A stretch of 64,000 nucleotides of DNA from Candidatus Velthaea sp. (GTDB taxonomy: Bacteria; Vulcanimicrobiota; Vulcanimicrobiia; Vulcanimicrobiales; Vulcanimicrobiaceae): contig CBDCCS010000018.1 of NCBI GenBank assembly GCA_965214935.1, positions 128,001 to 192,000 on the forward strand, written 5' to 3'. Of this stretch, positions 40,797-49,946 are shown piece after piece. Numbering within the stretch: position 1 is the first letter of the stretch; each line of letters opens with the position of its first letter. Under the pieces are notes generated by a model. It saw nothing but the letters and a program-made list of their open reading frames with translations. It did not search any database and had not been told where the DNA came from. The position numbers were made by a program, and so were the translations under genes.

Positions 40797-41656
40797 CAGA
40801 CGTCGAACGACAAGAGCCGGCAGAGGGTGAAGATACCGGCGCCTTCGAGCACGAAAAAGAGCGTTAAGCCGATATGACCCGGCAACGTCGTGATCATCGT
40901 TTCACGCATGTCCGCTTGCGTGCCCATCACGAAACCGCCGACGAGGACGGGCAACGCGCCGAGCACCCAGGCGCCCGCAATGGCCTCGCCCGTCAACGAT
41001 TTTATTTTGCGCTGAACCGCTCGCCGGCCTTTGATCGTCAGCGCTAAGTGATCCATGATTTTGGCTAAATTACCGCCGGTTTGCGATTGTACTTGGATCG
41101 CATTGACCATCATGCGCAATTCTTCGGACGGCATTCGGCCGACAAGCGCGTCGAGCGCATCGTTGAGCGATACGCCGATATTGGTTTGACCGAAGACACG
41201 CAGAAACTCGCCGCGCGCCGGATCGCTTAACTCCTCGGTTACCAAGACGATGGCCTGACGCATGCCTAAACCGACTCGCAAGCCGTTGCTGATCATCCGC
41301 AGAACCATCTCGAGCTGCTCGTTGAAGGCGTGCGTCCGTTTCTTTACTTTACCGTTGATCCACGACCGGAAGCCCATGACCGAAATACCGAAAAACATGC
41401 CGAGCAGCAAAATTGCTAAGATAAGACCCGGGTGCAGCACCATGATGACGAAGATCCAGCCGGTCAGCGAGACGCCGCCGATTCCGACGACGATCTGTTC
41501 GCTCGAAACCTTAATTCCGGCGCGTTCAAGGTCGGCTGCAAAGAACGACGTAAAGCGCCCCAGCCGGCCCGAGATCCGGTCCCAAAAACTAAAGAACAGC
41601 AGACCGGCAGCAGCGGCTGCACCGATGACGATCGCGAATGGGGCGATGGCTACCAT
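40796..41656 (-). CDS. tadB: Tad pilus platform protein TadB
   Basis: FNEQL...LRVG, PARGEF, QSQTGGNLAKI, SLTGEA; ATG overlaps cpaF stop. Confidence 0.93.
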   Translation of the reverse strand: MVAIAPFAIVIGAAAAAGLLFFSFWDRISGRLGRFTSFFAADLERAGIKVSSEQIVVGIGGVSLTGWIFVIMVLHPGLILAILLLGMFFGISVMGFRSWINGKVKKRTHAFNEQLEMVLRMISNGLRVGLGMRQAIVLVTEELSDPARGEFLRVFGQTNIGVSLNDALDALVGRMPSEELRMMVNAIQVQSQTGGNLAKIMDHLALTIKGRRAVQRKIKSLTGEAIAGAWVLGALPVLVGGFVMGTQADMRETMITTLPGHIGLTLFFVLEGAGIFTLCRLLSFDV

Positions 41657-43746
41657 GACGCGGCTTTGAGCTCCATGTTCGAGAGCGTGCGGATGTCGAA
41701 ATTGATCCCGTATTCTTCGAATTTTTTCATGCACATCGGCTGAACGCCGGTAAATACGAAGGCGCCGTTGACTTTACCGTCGCGGTCTAAGCCGCGCGAT
41801 TCATAGCGCGAAATATCTTGCATCGTAACCACATCGCCTTCGAGACCGACGACTTCGGAGATGCTCAGCAACTTGCGCGAACCATCGCGCATGCGCGATA
41901 GATGGAGCACCATATCGACGGCACTGGCGATCTGCTCGCGAATTGCGCGCACCGGGAGGTCGAAGCCCGCCATGAGCACCATCGTTTCGATACGCGAGAT
42001 CGCATCGCGCGTGCTGTTCGCGTGCAATGTCGTCAGCGAGCCGTCGTGACCGGTATTCATCGCTTGTAACATATCGAGCGCCTCGCCGCCGCGACACTCG
42101 CCGACGACGATCCGGTCGGGACGCATACGCAACGAGTTACGTAACAGATCGCGAATGCGAATCTCGCCGGCGCCTTGAATATTTGCCGGCCGCGACTCGA
42201 GCCGCACGACATGCTCTTGAGCGAGTGAAAGTTCGGCTGCGTCTTCGATGGTGACGATGCGTTCCGATGACGGCAGAAAGCTCGACAATACGTTGAGAAA
42301 CGTCGTTTTGCCTGAGCCGGTGCCGCCGGCTACCACGATATTTAGCCGCGCTTCGACGGCCGCGCGTAAAAAGTCGACGAGCTCGGGCGTGACGGCGCCG
42401 ATGCGCACGAGATCGGATGCCTGCATCCGGCGCTCGGGGAAGCGCCGGATCGTCAGTGTCGCGCCGTCGAGAGCCAGCGGACTGATGATGGCATTAACGC
42501 GCGAGCCGTCGATAAGACGGGCGTCGACCATCGGTTGCGATTCGTCGATGCGGCGACCGATCGGCGCGATGATCCGTTCGATGATCAGCCGCAATTGGCG
42601 CTCGCTGGTGAAGCGTTTGGCTGTTTTTTCAATCTTGCCGCTGCGCTCGACGAACACCCGATTCGCGCCGTTGACCATGATTTCGGTGATCGACGGGTCG
42701 CGCAGCAGATCTTCGAGCGGCCCCAGGCCGAGCGCTTCATCGATGATTTCTTGGCGCAGCGCGGCGATGTCTTCGGCCGAGCCGACGTCGGTGCGATACC
42801 CGAGCAACTCGGAGACGACCTCACCGACTTGAATGCGCAGTTCGGCCATTTTGCCGGCATCGTCGACGGCTCGCGTCGGATCGGCAAAATCCAGACGTTT
42901 CGTCAGTTCGTCGTTGATCTCGGACTTGAGCTGATCGCGCGTATCGCGCTGCCGGGTTTGCGGGCCGCTCGCTGCTTTGCCGTTTTGCGAATGTCCGTTA
43001 CTCGACGGAGCGGGTGCTGCTTCATCGGGTCGCCGGCGCGTACCCCGCCGATCGCCGATCGGCGCTTGCGACGACGGCTTGAGCGATAGCAGCGGCCCGT
43101 TTGCGGCCGGCGCAATGAGCGCCGCGGCAAGCGTATCGATGGCGCGATCGTACTTTTTATCGCTGTGGGCGGGCAATTCCACGATCGCTTTGAGCCCGAG
43201 CGCCGCTTCGATGTCGCCGCGTGAAACTTCATGCCGCGGGATGCGCCCGTTGAGCAGCATCATCTGGTGCGTGCGCGGTACGCCGAAGCGCTCGAGTTCG
43301 ATCTGCACCAGGCGCGCGTTGGTCAACCCGAGCAGCGTCGGTTCGACGATCAAAACGAATCGGCTGGCCCGCGTAACGAAGGCGCGAATCGCAGCGGCGA
43401 ACGGCTGCGCTGCATCGATGACGATGGCATCGCACGTATCGGTGAGATTTCCGGCAATCGCTTCGACGTCTTTGGGTGCGATAGTGAACGCGCCGTCGAT
43501 GGAAGCCGCCATCTCGATGACGGTAAGGCGGCCTTTGGCGGCGATTGCCATGTTTGCCGAGGTTCGGCTAGCATCGAGCGCCCGGACCATGTCGGTAAGC
43601 ACGGCAACACTGCGGCGCGCCGCAAAGTCCGCATCGACGAGCGCGACGTTATTCGCCTTGGCGATCGCCTGGGCGACGTCGACGCAGACGGTCGTCGCGC
43701 CGGTGCCGCCTTTCGTGCCGATGATGATCGATATCGGACCGTTCAT
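41650..43746 (-). CDS. cpaF: Tad ATPase CpaF/TadA fused to an N-terminal CpaE/TadZ (MinD/ParA-like) domain
   Basis: N-terminal [10 protein letters not shown] and LVDAD; C-terminal [49 protein letters not shown]. Confidence 0.95.
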   Translation of the reverse strand: MNGPISIIIGTKGGTGATTVCVDVAQAIAKANNVALVDADFAARRSVAVLTDMVRALDASRTSANMAIAAKGRLTVIEMAASIDGAFTIAPKDVEAIAGNLTDTCDAIVIDAAQPFAAAIRAFVTRASRFVLIVEPTLLGLTNARLVQIELERFGVPRTHQMMLLNGRIPRHEVSRGDIEAALGLKAIVELPAHSDKKYDRAIDTLAAALIAPAANGPLLSLKPSSQAPIGDRRGTRRRPDEAAPAPSSNGHSQNGKAASGPQTRQRDTRDQLKSEINDELTKRLDFADPTRAVDDAGKMAELRIQVGEVVSELLGYRTDVGSAEDIAALRQEIIDEALGLGPLEDLLRDPSITEIMVNGANRVFVERSGKIEKTAKRFTSERQLRLIIERIIAPIGRRIDESQPMVDARLIDGSRVNAIISPLALDGATLTIRRFPERRMQASDLVRIGAVTPELVDFLRAAVEARLNIVVAGGTGSGKTTFLNVLSSFLPSSERIVTIEDAAELSLAQEHVVRLESRPANIQGAGEIRIRDLLRNSLRMRPDRIVVGECRGGEALDMLQAMNTGHDGSLTTLHANSTRDAISRIETMVLMAGFDLPVRAIREQIASAVDMVLHLSRMRDGSRKLLSISEVVGLEGDVVTMQDISRYESRGLDRDGKVNGAFVFTGVQPMCMKKFEEYGINFDIRTLSNMELKAASW

Positions 43747-44612
43747 CGGAGCACGAAGTGATCGCCGTCGATGAGCGGCGGACCCATCGGCTTAGGTGCC
43801 GCCGACGCGGCCGGTTTGGGCGGCGCGGCGCTGACCGGCGCAGCGGCAACAGCCGCCGCGGGCACTGCTGCCGGTGCAGCCGTTTCGATTACGAACGGAT
43901 CGGCGCTCTCGGTGCGGCGCGAATCTTTGATCGAGCGCAACGCTAAGCGCAGCGTCGCATTGAGATCGGCGAGCGCGAGAATCTTTGCTTCCTTCGGCGT
44001 TACCGATAAGGTCGCCGTTTCGACCGTTACGTCGGGCGCGGGCGTCGCTCCGGCTGCTGCGGCGGTCGGCGTCTCTTGCGCCGAACCCATCGCCAGCACG
44101 ATTTTATTGCTCAGGATCGTTGCTGCGGCCGGTACCCCGGCACCACCCGTGCGGCCTTGGGTAACGGCGATGACGTCGACGTGGTCGCCGGCTTCGATTA
44201 AGTTGGCGACGCCTTTGACGCGATCGAGCGCGATGCTGATCGCGCGCTGACCGGCCGGGATACGCACCGTCAGCCCGCCTAAACCGAGCCGGCCGACCTT
44301 CGAGGCCGAAACGATACCGCCGGACGGGATCGAGATGAGGGCGATTTGTCCGGCAACGTCCGAAGCGCCGGCTAACGCATCCGGATCGACGGAATCCGCC
44401 GGTTTGCTCGTTACCGTCAACATTGCCGGCGTTATGACCGTGCGCACCGGTATGTCTTGGGTCGCCACAATGACGGTCCGCATCGCAACCGTGGTCGCGG
44501 TTTTGTTGACCGTCGATAGATAGTTAAACGCAAGCAGCCCGGTTCCGAGTGCCAGGATCGCGGCAATGACGATCGTCGTGGAACGTTTATTTAGTGAACG
44601 AACCGAAACCAT
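43743..44612 (-). CDS. cpaB: Flp pilus assembly protein CpaB/RcpC; start uncertain
   Basis: TM, SAF domain VIVATQDIP, IPAGQRAISI, GVANLIEAGDHVDVI, TLSVTPKEA, LRLALRS. Confidence 0.93.
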   Translation of the reverse strand: MVSVRSLNKRSTTIVIAAILALGTGLLAFNYLSTVNKTATTVAMRTVIVATQDIPVRTVITPAMLTVTSKPADSVDPDALAGASDVAGQIALISIPSGGIVSASKVGRLGLGGLTVRIPAGQRAISIALDRVKGVANLIEAGDHVDVIAVTQGRTGGAGVPAAATILSNKIVLAMGSAQETPTAAAAGATPAPDVTVETATLSVTPKEAKILALADLNATLRLALRSIKDSRRTESADPFVIETAAPAAVPAAAVAAAPVSAAPPKPAASAAPKPMGPPLIDGDHFVLR

Positions 44613-45109
44613 GGTGCGTAACTTTCCGAAGCAGCATACAAGAATGAGCCGGCACAGATTGCAAGTGCATATGGGACGCGCCGTGACTGCGCGGCCGGCG
44701 TGACATTCGTACCGGAAAGAGCGCTCATGGCGACGTTGCTGAGCATCGCGGCGAGACGCCGTTCCCGCAGCGCGTAAATCGCCCCAAGAACACCGCCGGC
44801 CGAAGCGATACACAGCAACGTAAGAAGATAGTTTGGAAATCCGACCGCCGCGGCGCCCGCGGCGAGCAACTTAATATCGCCGCCGCCGAGCCAGCCGAAT
44901 CCGAAGATAACGCTGCCGGCAAGGATGATTGCGACACTTGAACCGAGACTCGAGAAGAACCATAACGCGCCATGCGTCGCGTTGAGCGCAACGATGACGG
45001 CCGTCGTTCCGTAGGTCAGAACGTTCGGAACGCGCCGGCGGCGTAGATCCGTGACGCTTGCGATGAGACAAGACACGAGGAAGACGAGCAGCGGTATTTC
45101 GGACGTCAT
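44591..45109 (-). CDS. cpaA: Prepilin peptidase CpaA/TadV (A24)
   Basis: TDLRRRRVPN, LGGGDIKL, VPYALAI; directly downstream of flp. Confidence 0.93.
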   Translation of the reverse strand: MTSEIPLLVFLVSCLIASVTDLRRRRVPNVLTYGTTAVIVALNATHGALWFFSSLGSSVAIILAGSVIFGFGWLGGGDIKLLAAGAAAVGFPNYLLTLLCIASAGGVLGAIYALRERRLAAMLSNVAMSALSGTNVTPAAQSRRVPYALAICAGSFLYAASESYAPWFRFVH

Positions 45110-45118
45110 AATTGCGAT

Positions 45119-45153
45119 GAGCTACGCGAACGGTAGAAGCGTGCGCGTAGCTC
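45119..45153 (-). terminator. 10-bp stem-loop between flp and cpaA (leaky terminator or mRNA stabiliser)
   Basis: GAGCTACGCG-N15-CGCGTAGCTC. Confidence 0.6.
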
Positions 45154-45173
45154 GCGCCGATGCAGTTCCGTTA

Positions 45174-45344
45174 TTAGGCTTTGGCGAGACTGCCTGAAAG
45201 CGTGCTGAACGCCGTTTTGATCGTGCCGCCGAGGGTCGTGATCGTAGCGATACAAGCAATTGCGATCAGTGAAACGATGAGTGCGTACTCGACGAGCGTC
45301 GCGCCGTCTTCATCGATGAGAACGTTTTTGAGATTGTTGAACAC
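45174..45344 (-). CDS. flp: Flp/Fap major pilin
   Basis: AAGGA RBS, GTG start; DEDG|ATLVEYALIVSLIAI Flp motif. Confidence 0.95.
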   Translation of the reverse strand: MFNNLKNVLIDEDGATLVEYALIVSLIAIACIATITTLGGTIKTAFSTLSGSLAKA

Positions 45345-45385
45345 GTGAGAGTCCTTTGCGAAAGTGGAAGTGAGCGGTGAGGTGA

Positions 45386-46111
45386 CTACTTCTTGGGCCA
45401 TTCGTCAAGACCGGATGTCTTGATGTGCGGACTTGGAACTCCGATGGTTACACGCGCGTAAGCCGACGACGCTCCGGCGAGAGTCGACGCCCGGGCGATA
45501 AGGATCGTCCGGGGGTGCGTGTCTTGACCATAATGTACTTCGGCAGAAAATGTCCCATCAGTAGCGGTCGTAACGCTCGTGCGAGAAAGAACGACCACGG
45601 GCAAGTCCGTCGATAGCTCGCCGGACAGCGTGAGAAGGATCGTCGCGCCGGCGGGACCATTGCCCGTCAGGACGAGCGTTTCACGGCCCGGAATCTGGTG
45701 CGCATCGAGCGTTACGGCATCACTCGGCACGGCCGCTTGCGCACGGTCGTGCGGCTCGACCGGCGCGCTTCCCGTATCGACGTCGCGCGCCGGATAGTGC
45801 GTGGCAATCTGACGCAGCGTTTGCGCGAGTTGCGCGGAAATAATAAAATCGTGACCGTCGAATCGCGGCGCGCGATCGGCAATCGGCGTAGCATTGTTAA
45901 TTTCGTAGAACACTTGTCCGGCGTGCAGTACGATACGAACGCCCGGTCGCAGAAGTGTAACTCCGGCTTCACTGGGCATCCATTCAAACGTGTAGCCGCT
46001 TTGCGCGGCCAAGATCTTTAAGCGAACGGCGTCATCGGCTTGTGCCGCTACCCCCGAACAGATGACGGCAACGCCGACCGTAACGGCCAGACGGATCGTA
46101 GACCAAAACAT
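45386..46111 (-). CDS. Secreted hypothetical protein heading the flp operon (N-terminal region resembles a copper-amine-oxidase-N/stalk-like module)
   Basis: AAGGAG RBS; signal peptide ending AQA; GYTFEW...IN...AP..DG; beta-rich C-terminal half. Confidence 0.7.
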   Translation of the reverse strand: MFWSTIRLAVTVGVAVICSGVAAQADDAVRLKILAAQSGYTFEWMPSEAGVTLLRPGVRIVLHAGQVFYEINNATPIADRAPRFDGHDFIISAQLAQTLRQIATHYPARDVDTGSAPVEPHDRAQAAVPSDAVTLDAHQIPGRETLVLTGNGPAGATILLTLSGELSTDLPVVVLSRTSVTTATDGTFSAEVHYGQDTHPRTILIARASTLAGASSAYARVTIGVPSPHIKTSGLDEWPKK

Positions 46112-46209
46112 GCGGGCTCCTTAAACGATGGGCTCGTGTTGTGAGTCTAGGCCGCGCTTCGCGGGTTGGGAAGTGGGCGCCGAAATTCTTGACGCAATGC
46201 TCGCGCTGT

Positions 46210-46244
46210 GTTAACGCGTTAACGCCTATCTGCCGATCTATACT
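46210..46244. promoter_or_regulatory. Palindromic site and -10 box in the divergent Tad control region
   Basis: GTTAACGCGTTAAC perfect palindrome 46210-46223; TATACT 46239-46244. Confidence 0.5.
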
Positions 46245-46254
46245 GTGAAGGTCC

Positions 46255-47733
46255 GTGAAGTCACGCGGTTCATTTGCATTTTCGCTAAGGGGCGTTGTCT
46301 TGATCCCATCGTTCGCTCGTCGTCTCGTCGCGGTTCTCGGAGCTCTCGTCCTATCGACGGCGGTGCCCGGCGTTGCTCAAAGCGTTTCTACCGAAGCAGC
46401 CTCGGTTGCGGTCATATCGGTGCCGACCGGTGAATCCACGACCCTGGCCGTCACGGGCGTCACCCGTTTAGCGATCGGTGACGGGCAGATCGCGGGCGTC
46501 GTCATGGCCGGTAGCGGACAATTACTCGTTAACGGAAAGTCGCACGGGCATACGACGCTGTTTGTCTGGCAAGGCGTGTCGCGTAAGACGTACCTCATTA
46601 ATGTGACCGAGCAATCGCTGAGCGAGTATGCGCGCGTGTTGCGTAATGCGCTCGACGAACAGCACGTGACCGTTGCGGTGGCCAAGAATGCGATCGTCAT
46701 CAGCGGCAGTGTCGGCGACGTTGCGCGCTTTGCGCGCATTAGCGATATCGTCAACCGCTTCGCCGAACTATCGAAGGCGGAAAAATTCGAGGTCGTCAAC
46801 GCCGTCACGGTAACCCAAGAACTGGGAACTTTGCAGCGCGAGCTCACGCGTATGCCGGGGCTCGAGAGAGTCAGCGTCGACCTCGACGGTAAAGGTAACG
46901 TCGTCGTCAGCGGCGTCGTTCGCGATCGGCAAGCCGCCGAACTTGCGTTGCAGCGCGCCGGCGGGATCGCGGGCGCGTTCCTGAGTTCCGACGGTAAGGT
47001 GATCGACCGCCTGAGCATGGATAAAACCACGCAAATCGGCGTCAAAGTCTACATTTTAGAGATCGATAATTCCGGACTCACGCAACTCGGACTGCGCTTG
47101 CAAGGCGCAAATCCGGACCCCGCTAATCCGGGTGCTTTCATTTACGGCGATCCGCAATTTCTCGGTCTCGAAGGCGCAACTGCTTCGGCGCTCAACGTTG
47201 CGCCGTTCATGCGGATCACGCATCTGGCGCCGACGCTCGATGCGATTTTACGCACCGGCCATGCCAAGATCTTGTCGGAACCCAACCTTGTGACATCGCC
47301 CGGCATGGCGGCAAAATTCCTCGTCGGCGGTGAAATCCCGTATGCGTTTTCAACCGGCCTCGGACAGATTTCGATCGAGTTCAAGGAGTACGGCGTGAAA
47401 TTAGATATGACGCCCAAGATTTTAGGTAACGGCAGCATCGAGACGTTGATTGCGCCCGAAGTTTCCGATCTTGATTACCAAAATGGTATCAGCCTGAACG
47501 GTTTTGTCGTGCCCGCGCTCAAGACCAGTAAATTATCGACCGACATGATCACGCAGCCCGGCGAGAGCGTCGTCATGGGCGGACTGTTGCGCCGGATCGA
47601 GCAGCGGACCATCGACCGCATTCCGGTGCTCGGCGATCTGCCGGTGCTGGGCAAGCTGTTCCGTTCGACTCGCTATCAAAATTCGCAGACCGATGTCGTG
47701 TTCGTAATGACGCCCGAAACGATCGTACGATGA
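46255..47733 (+). CDS. cpaC: Tad secretin CpaC/RcpA with N-terminal pilus-formation and BON-like domains
   Basis: Signal peptide; RLAIGDGQIA...GHTTLFVW; AKILSEPNL, FLVGGEIP, EFKEYGVKL, IPVLGDLPVLGKLFRS. Confidence 0.95.
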   Translation: MKSRGSFAFSLRGVVLIPSFARRLVAVLGALVLSTAVPGVAQSVSTEAASVAVISVPTGESTTLAVTGVTRLAIGDGQIAGVVMAGSGQLLVNGKSHGHTTLFVWQGVSRKTYLINVTEQSLSEYARVLRNALDEQHVTVAVAKNAIVISGSVGDVARFARISDIVNRFAELSKAEKFEVVNAVTVTQELGTLQRELTRMPGLERVSVDLDGKGNVVVSGVVRDRQAAELALQRAGGIAGAFLSSDGKVIDRLSMDKTTQIGVKVYILEIDNSGLTQLGLRLQGANPDPANPGAFIYGDPQFLGLEGATASALNVAPFMRITHLAPTLDAILRTGHAKILSEPNLVTSPGMAAKFLVGGEIPYAFSTGLGQISIEFKEYGVKLDMTPKILGNGSIETLIAPEVSDLDYQNGISLNGFVVPALKTSKLSTDMITQPGESVVMGGLLRRIEQRTIDRIPVLGDLPVLGKLFRSTRYQNSQTDVVFVMTPETIVR

Positions 47734-47915
47734 TCGCGAAGCTTACGCATCTCGTTGCGGATGAGAGCGGCGGCGTGCTCGTCGAGTACGCGCTGGTTTT
47801 AGGGCTTGTTTCGATGGTGGCCATCGGCGCGCTGCAGTCATTCGGCAGCGTGCTCGAAACGTTCTTTGCCAATTCATCGGCGCAACTGGCGAATGTTGCT
47901 CAGGCGGCGAAGTGA
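47730..47915 (+). CDS. Second Flp-family pilin
   Basis: DESG|GVLVEYALVLGLVS; ATGA overlap with secretin. Confidence 0.9.
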   Translation: MIAKLTHLVADESGGVLVEYALVLGLVSMVAIGALQSFGSVLETFFANSSAQLANVAQAAK

Positions 47916-47916
47916 C

Positions 47917-48870
47917 GTGACGTCACAGCGCGGTGCCGTCCTCGTTGAATCTGCGTTTGCCGTTACGTTCATCATGGCGCTGGTGTACGGCTCGATTCAG
48001 CTCGGCATGGTCGGTCTCGAGCAGTTGACCGTTGACGGAGGCGCATTTACCGCCGCTCATCAGCAAGCGTTGCTGGGCGCAAATCCGCACGGTTATCAAG
48101 ATGCACCGACGCTGGCCAAAGCGACGTTGCCGCATCTGAATTCGCCCAACGTCAGCGTGCCGGAGCCGGCCATCGGCGAACCGCCGACGACGGAAGCCGC
48201 GGGTAACTATTTTCTCAATAAACCGAACGCCCGTCACGGCGGCGTCTCGATGATTCAACCGACGCAAACGATCGCGACCGTCACCAGCACGAACTTTGCC
48301 AGTTTATTGCTCGATGCTTCGCAAAAGATTAGCGTTACGGGGATCGCCATCGATCCGGCGTTTCGTTTGATCAACGGTCACGGCGACGTTTCCGGCTCGG
48401 CGTTCAACTCGGCTGCTGCGTTCGCGACGGCGACCGATCCGCTCGTCGACGGCGATAACGCTCCGCCGTATTTTATCGGCTTCAATTACATGTCCATGTG
48501 TCCGCAAGCCTATGCCGGCACGACCTGGGGCAGCTCGTGTCCGGTGTCGGCGCAGTTCGTCGGCCTGGGACTCGCCGAATATCTCGACTCCAAGAATTGG
48601 GGCCGGCCGATCAACGGCGTGGTCCCCGATGGACAAGCCGTGTTTTACGAAGCGCGCTTACATCAAAACAAGTTTGCCGACATCGCCGGCGCGTTGGTCT
48701 CTGCCGGTGGCAATACTACGACACTCGCAAGCGTGCTCAACCCGAACCAAGCCGGCCCGGTAAAATGCGTTTATTCGTTTGATAATACGCAGCTTGGCGC
48801 ATACGCCGTCGGAACGACGCATATCGGCGATTTCCCCTTGAATCCGGGCGGCGATCCGGCTGCATGCTGA
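47917..48870 (+). CDS. TadE-like pseudopilin with extended extracellular domain
   Basis: MTSQRG|AVLVESAFAV class III signal with E5. Confidence 0.85.
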   Translation: MTSQRGAVLVESAFAVTFIMALVYGSIQLGMVGLEQLTVDGGAFTAAHQQALLGANPHGYQDAPTLAKATLPHLNSPNVSVPEPAIGEPPTTEAAGNYFLNKPNARHGGVSMIQPTQTIATVTSTNFASLLLDASQKISVTGIAIDPAFRLINGHGDVSGSAFNSAAAFATATDPLVDGDNAPPYFIGFNYMSMCPQAYAGTTWGSSCPVSAQFVGLGLAEYLDSKNWGRPINGVVPDGQAVFYEARLHQNKFADIAGALVSAGGNTTTLASVLNPNQAGPVKCVYSFDNTQLGAYAVGTTHIGDFPLNPGGDPAAC

Positions 48871-49946
48871 CCCTCGAACGTCAACGCGGTCAAACGCTGC
48901 CGCTCACGCTTGCCGGTGCCATTGCGATCCTGGTGTTTGCATTTTTCGGTATCAATTACGCCAACACGTTACGCTGGCAGGTGCGGGCGCAAAATGCCGC
49001 CGACGCCGCCGCTCAGGCGATTTTGACCTTGCAGACCCAGCAGTTCAACGAAATGACGGCGACGTTGTATGCCGGTGCAGTCGAAGAGTATCGTATCCGG
49101 CATTTGCTCAATGCCATGGTCCTCGCGGCGCATGGAAACGGCGGCTGCAATAACGGTCAACTCGCTAAACTCTTGCCCGGCGGCTGTACGTACATTCTGC
49201 TGAACCAACTCGAGCCGGCGTACGACGCCGCCGTCGGGCGTTACTCCGGTGACGTTCTTGCCTTACATCAAGTGACGGCAGCGCTCAATTTCAGCAACAT
49301 CAAGACCGACGCGCTCGCCTTACTTGCAAAAATCGGCGATTGCACCAGTGCACTCGGCGACAGCGGCAACTGTTCTTTTAAATATGGAACGCCGGTCATC
49401 GGTACGCGCTCGGATACCGAATCGGTTTTTATGGATGCCAGCGGCGTGATCAAACCGACACCCGGCAATCAAACGGCGCTTGCATCGACGGTGAGTTCGC
49501 CCGGCTCGCCGCCGCTCAATACCGCGCTGTTCGCGCCGCTGCAAGTCGAAGTGTATGCATGCGCGACGGTTCCGTCGCTCATTCCAAGTTTTGCCGGCTG
49601 GAACTTCCCGCCGTTCAAGGCGATCGCGCGCGGCGCGGCAACGCCGGTGATGGTCGAAGAAGATTGGCTGCAGCCCGGAACGATTTACAATCCGTACGCC
49701 AATCCGCAAGCACCGTACCAACCGCCCGAGAATTTTCTGAGCAACCGGGTCATCACCGATTCGAGCGGCTATGACTGGTACAACTTAGATTTCGGCGGCA
49801 ACGGCGTCGTCGCCGTTGCCGGCCAGCATTTCATCAACACCGTTTTGCGCGACGAATTCAGCGTCTATATCGGCTGGTGGAATTCAATCCCGATCCATCC
49901 ATTTAGCGGTCAAAAATCTGCTGCGGCTTTGGGGTGTGGAACGTGA
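48864..49946 (+). CDS. TadG-like pilus tip/adhesin protein
   Basis: QRG|QTLPL, then RAQNAADAAA TadG motif; several Cys. Confidence 0.85.
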   Translation: MLTLERQRGQTLPLTLAGAIAILVFAFFGINYANTLRWQVRAQNAADAAAQAILTLQTQQFNEMTATLYAGAVEEYRIRHLLNAMVLAAHGNGGCNNGQLAKLLPGGCTYILLNQLEPAYDAAVGRYSGDVLALHQVTAALNFSNIKTDALALLAKIGDCTSALGDSGNCSFKYGTPVIGTRSDTESVFMDASGVIKPTPGNQTALASTVSSPGSPPLNTALFAPLQVEVYACATVPSLIPSFAGWNFPPFKAIARGAATPVMVEEDWLQPGTIYNPYANPQAPYQPPENFLSNRVITDSSGYDWYNLDFGGNGVVAVAGQHFINTVLRDEFSVYIGWWNSIPIHPFSGQKSAAALGCGT

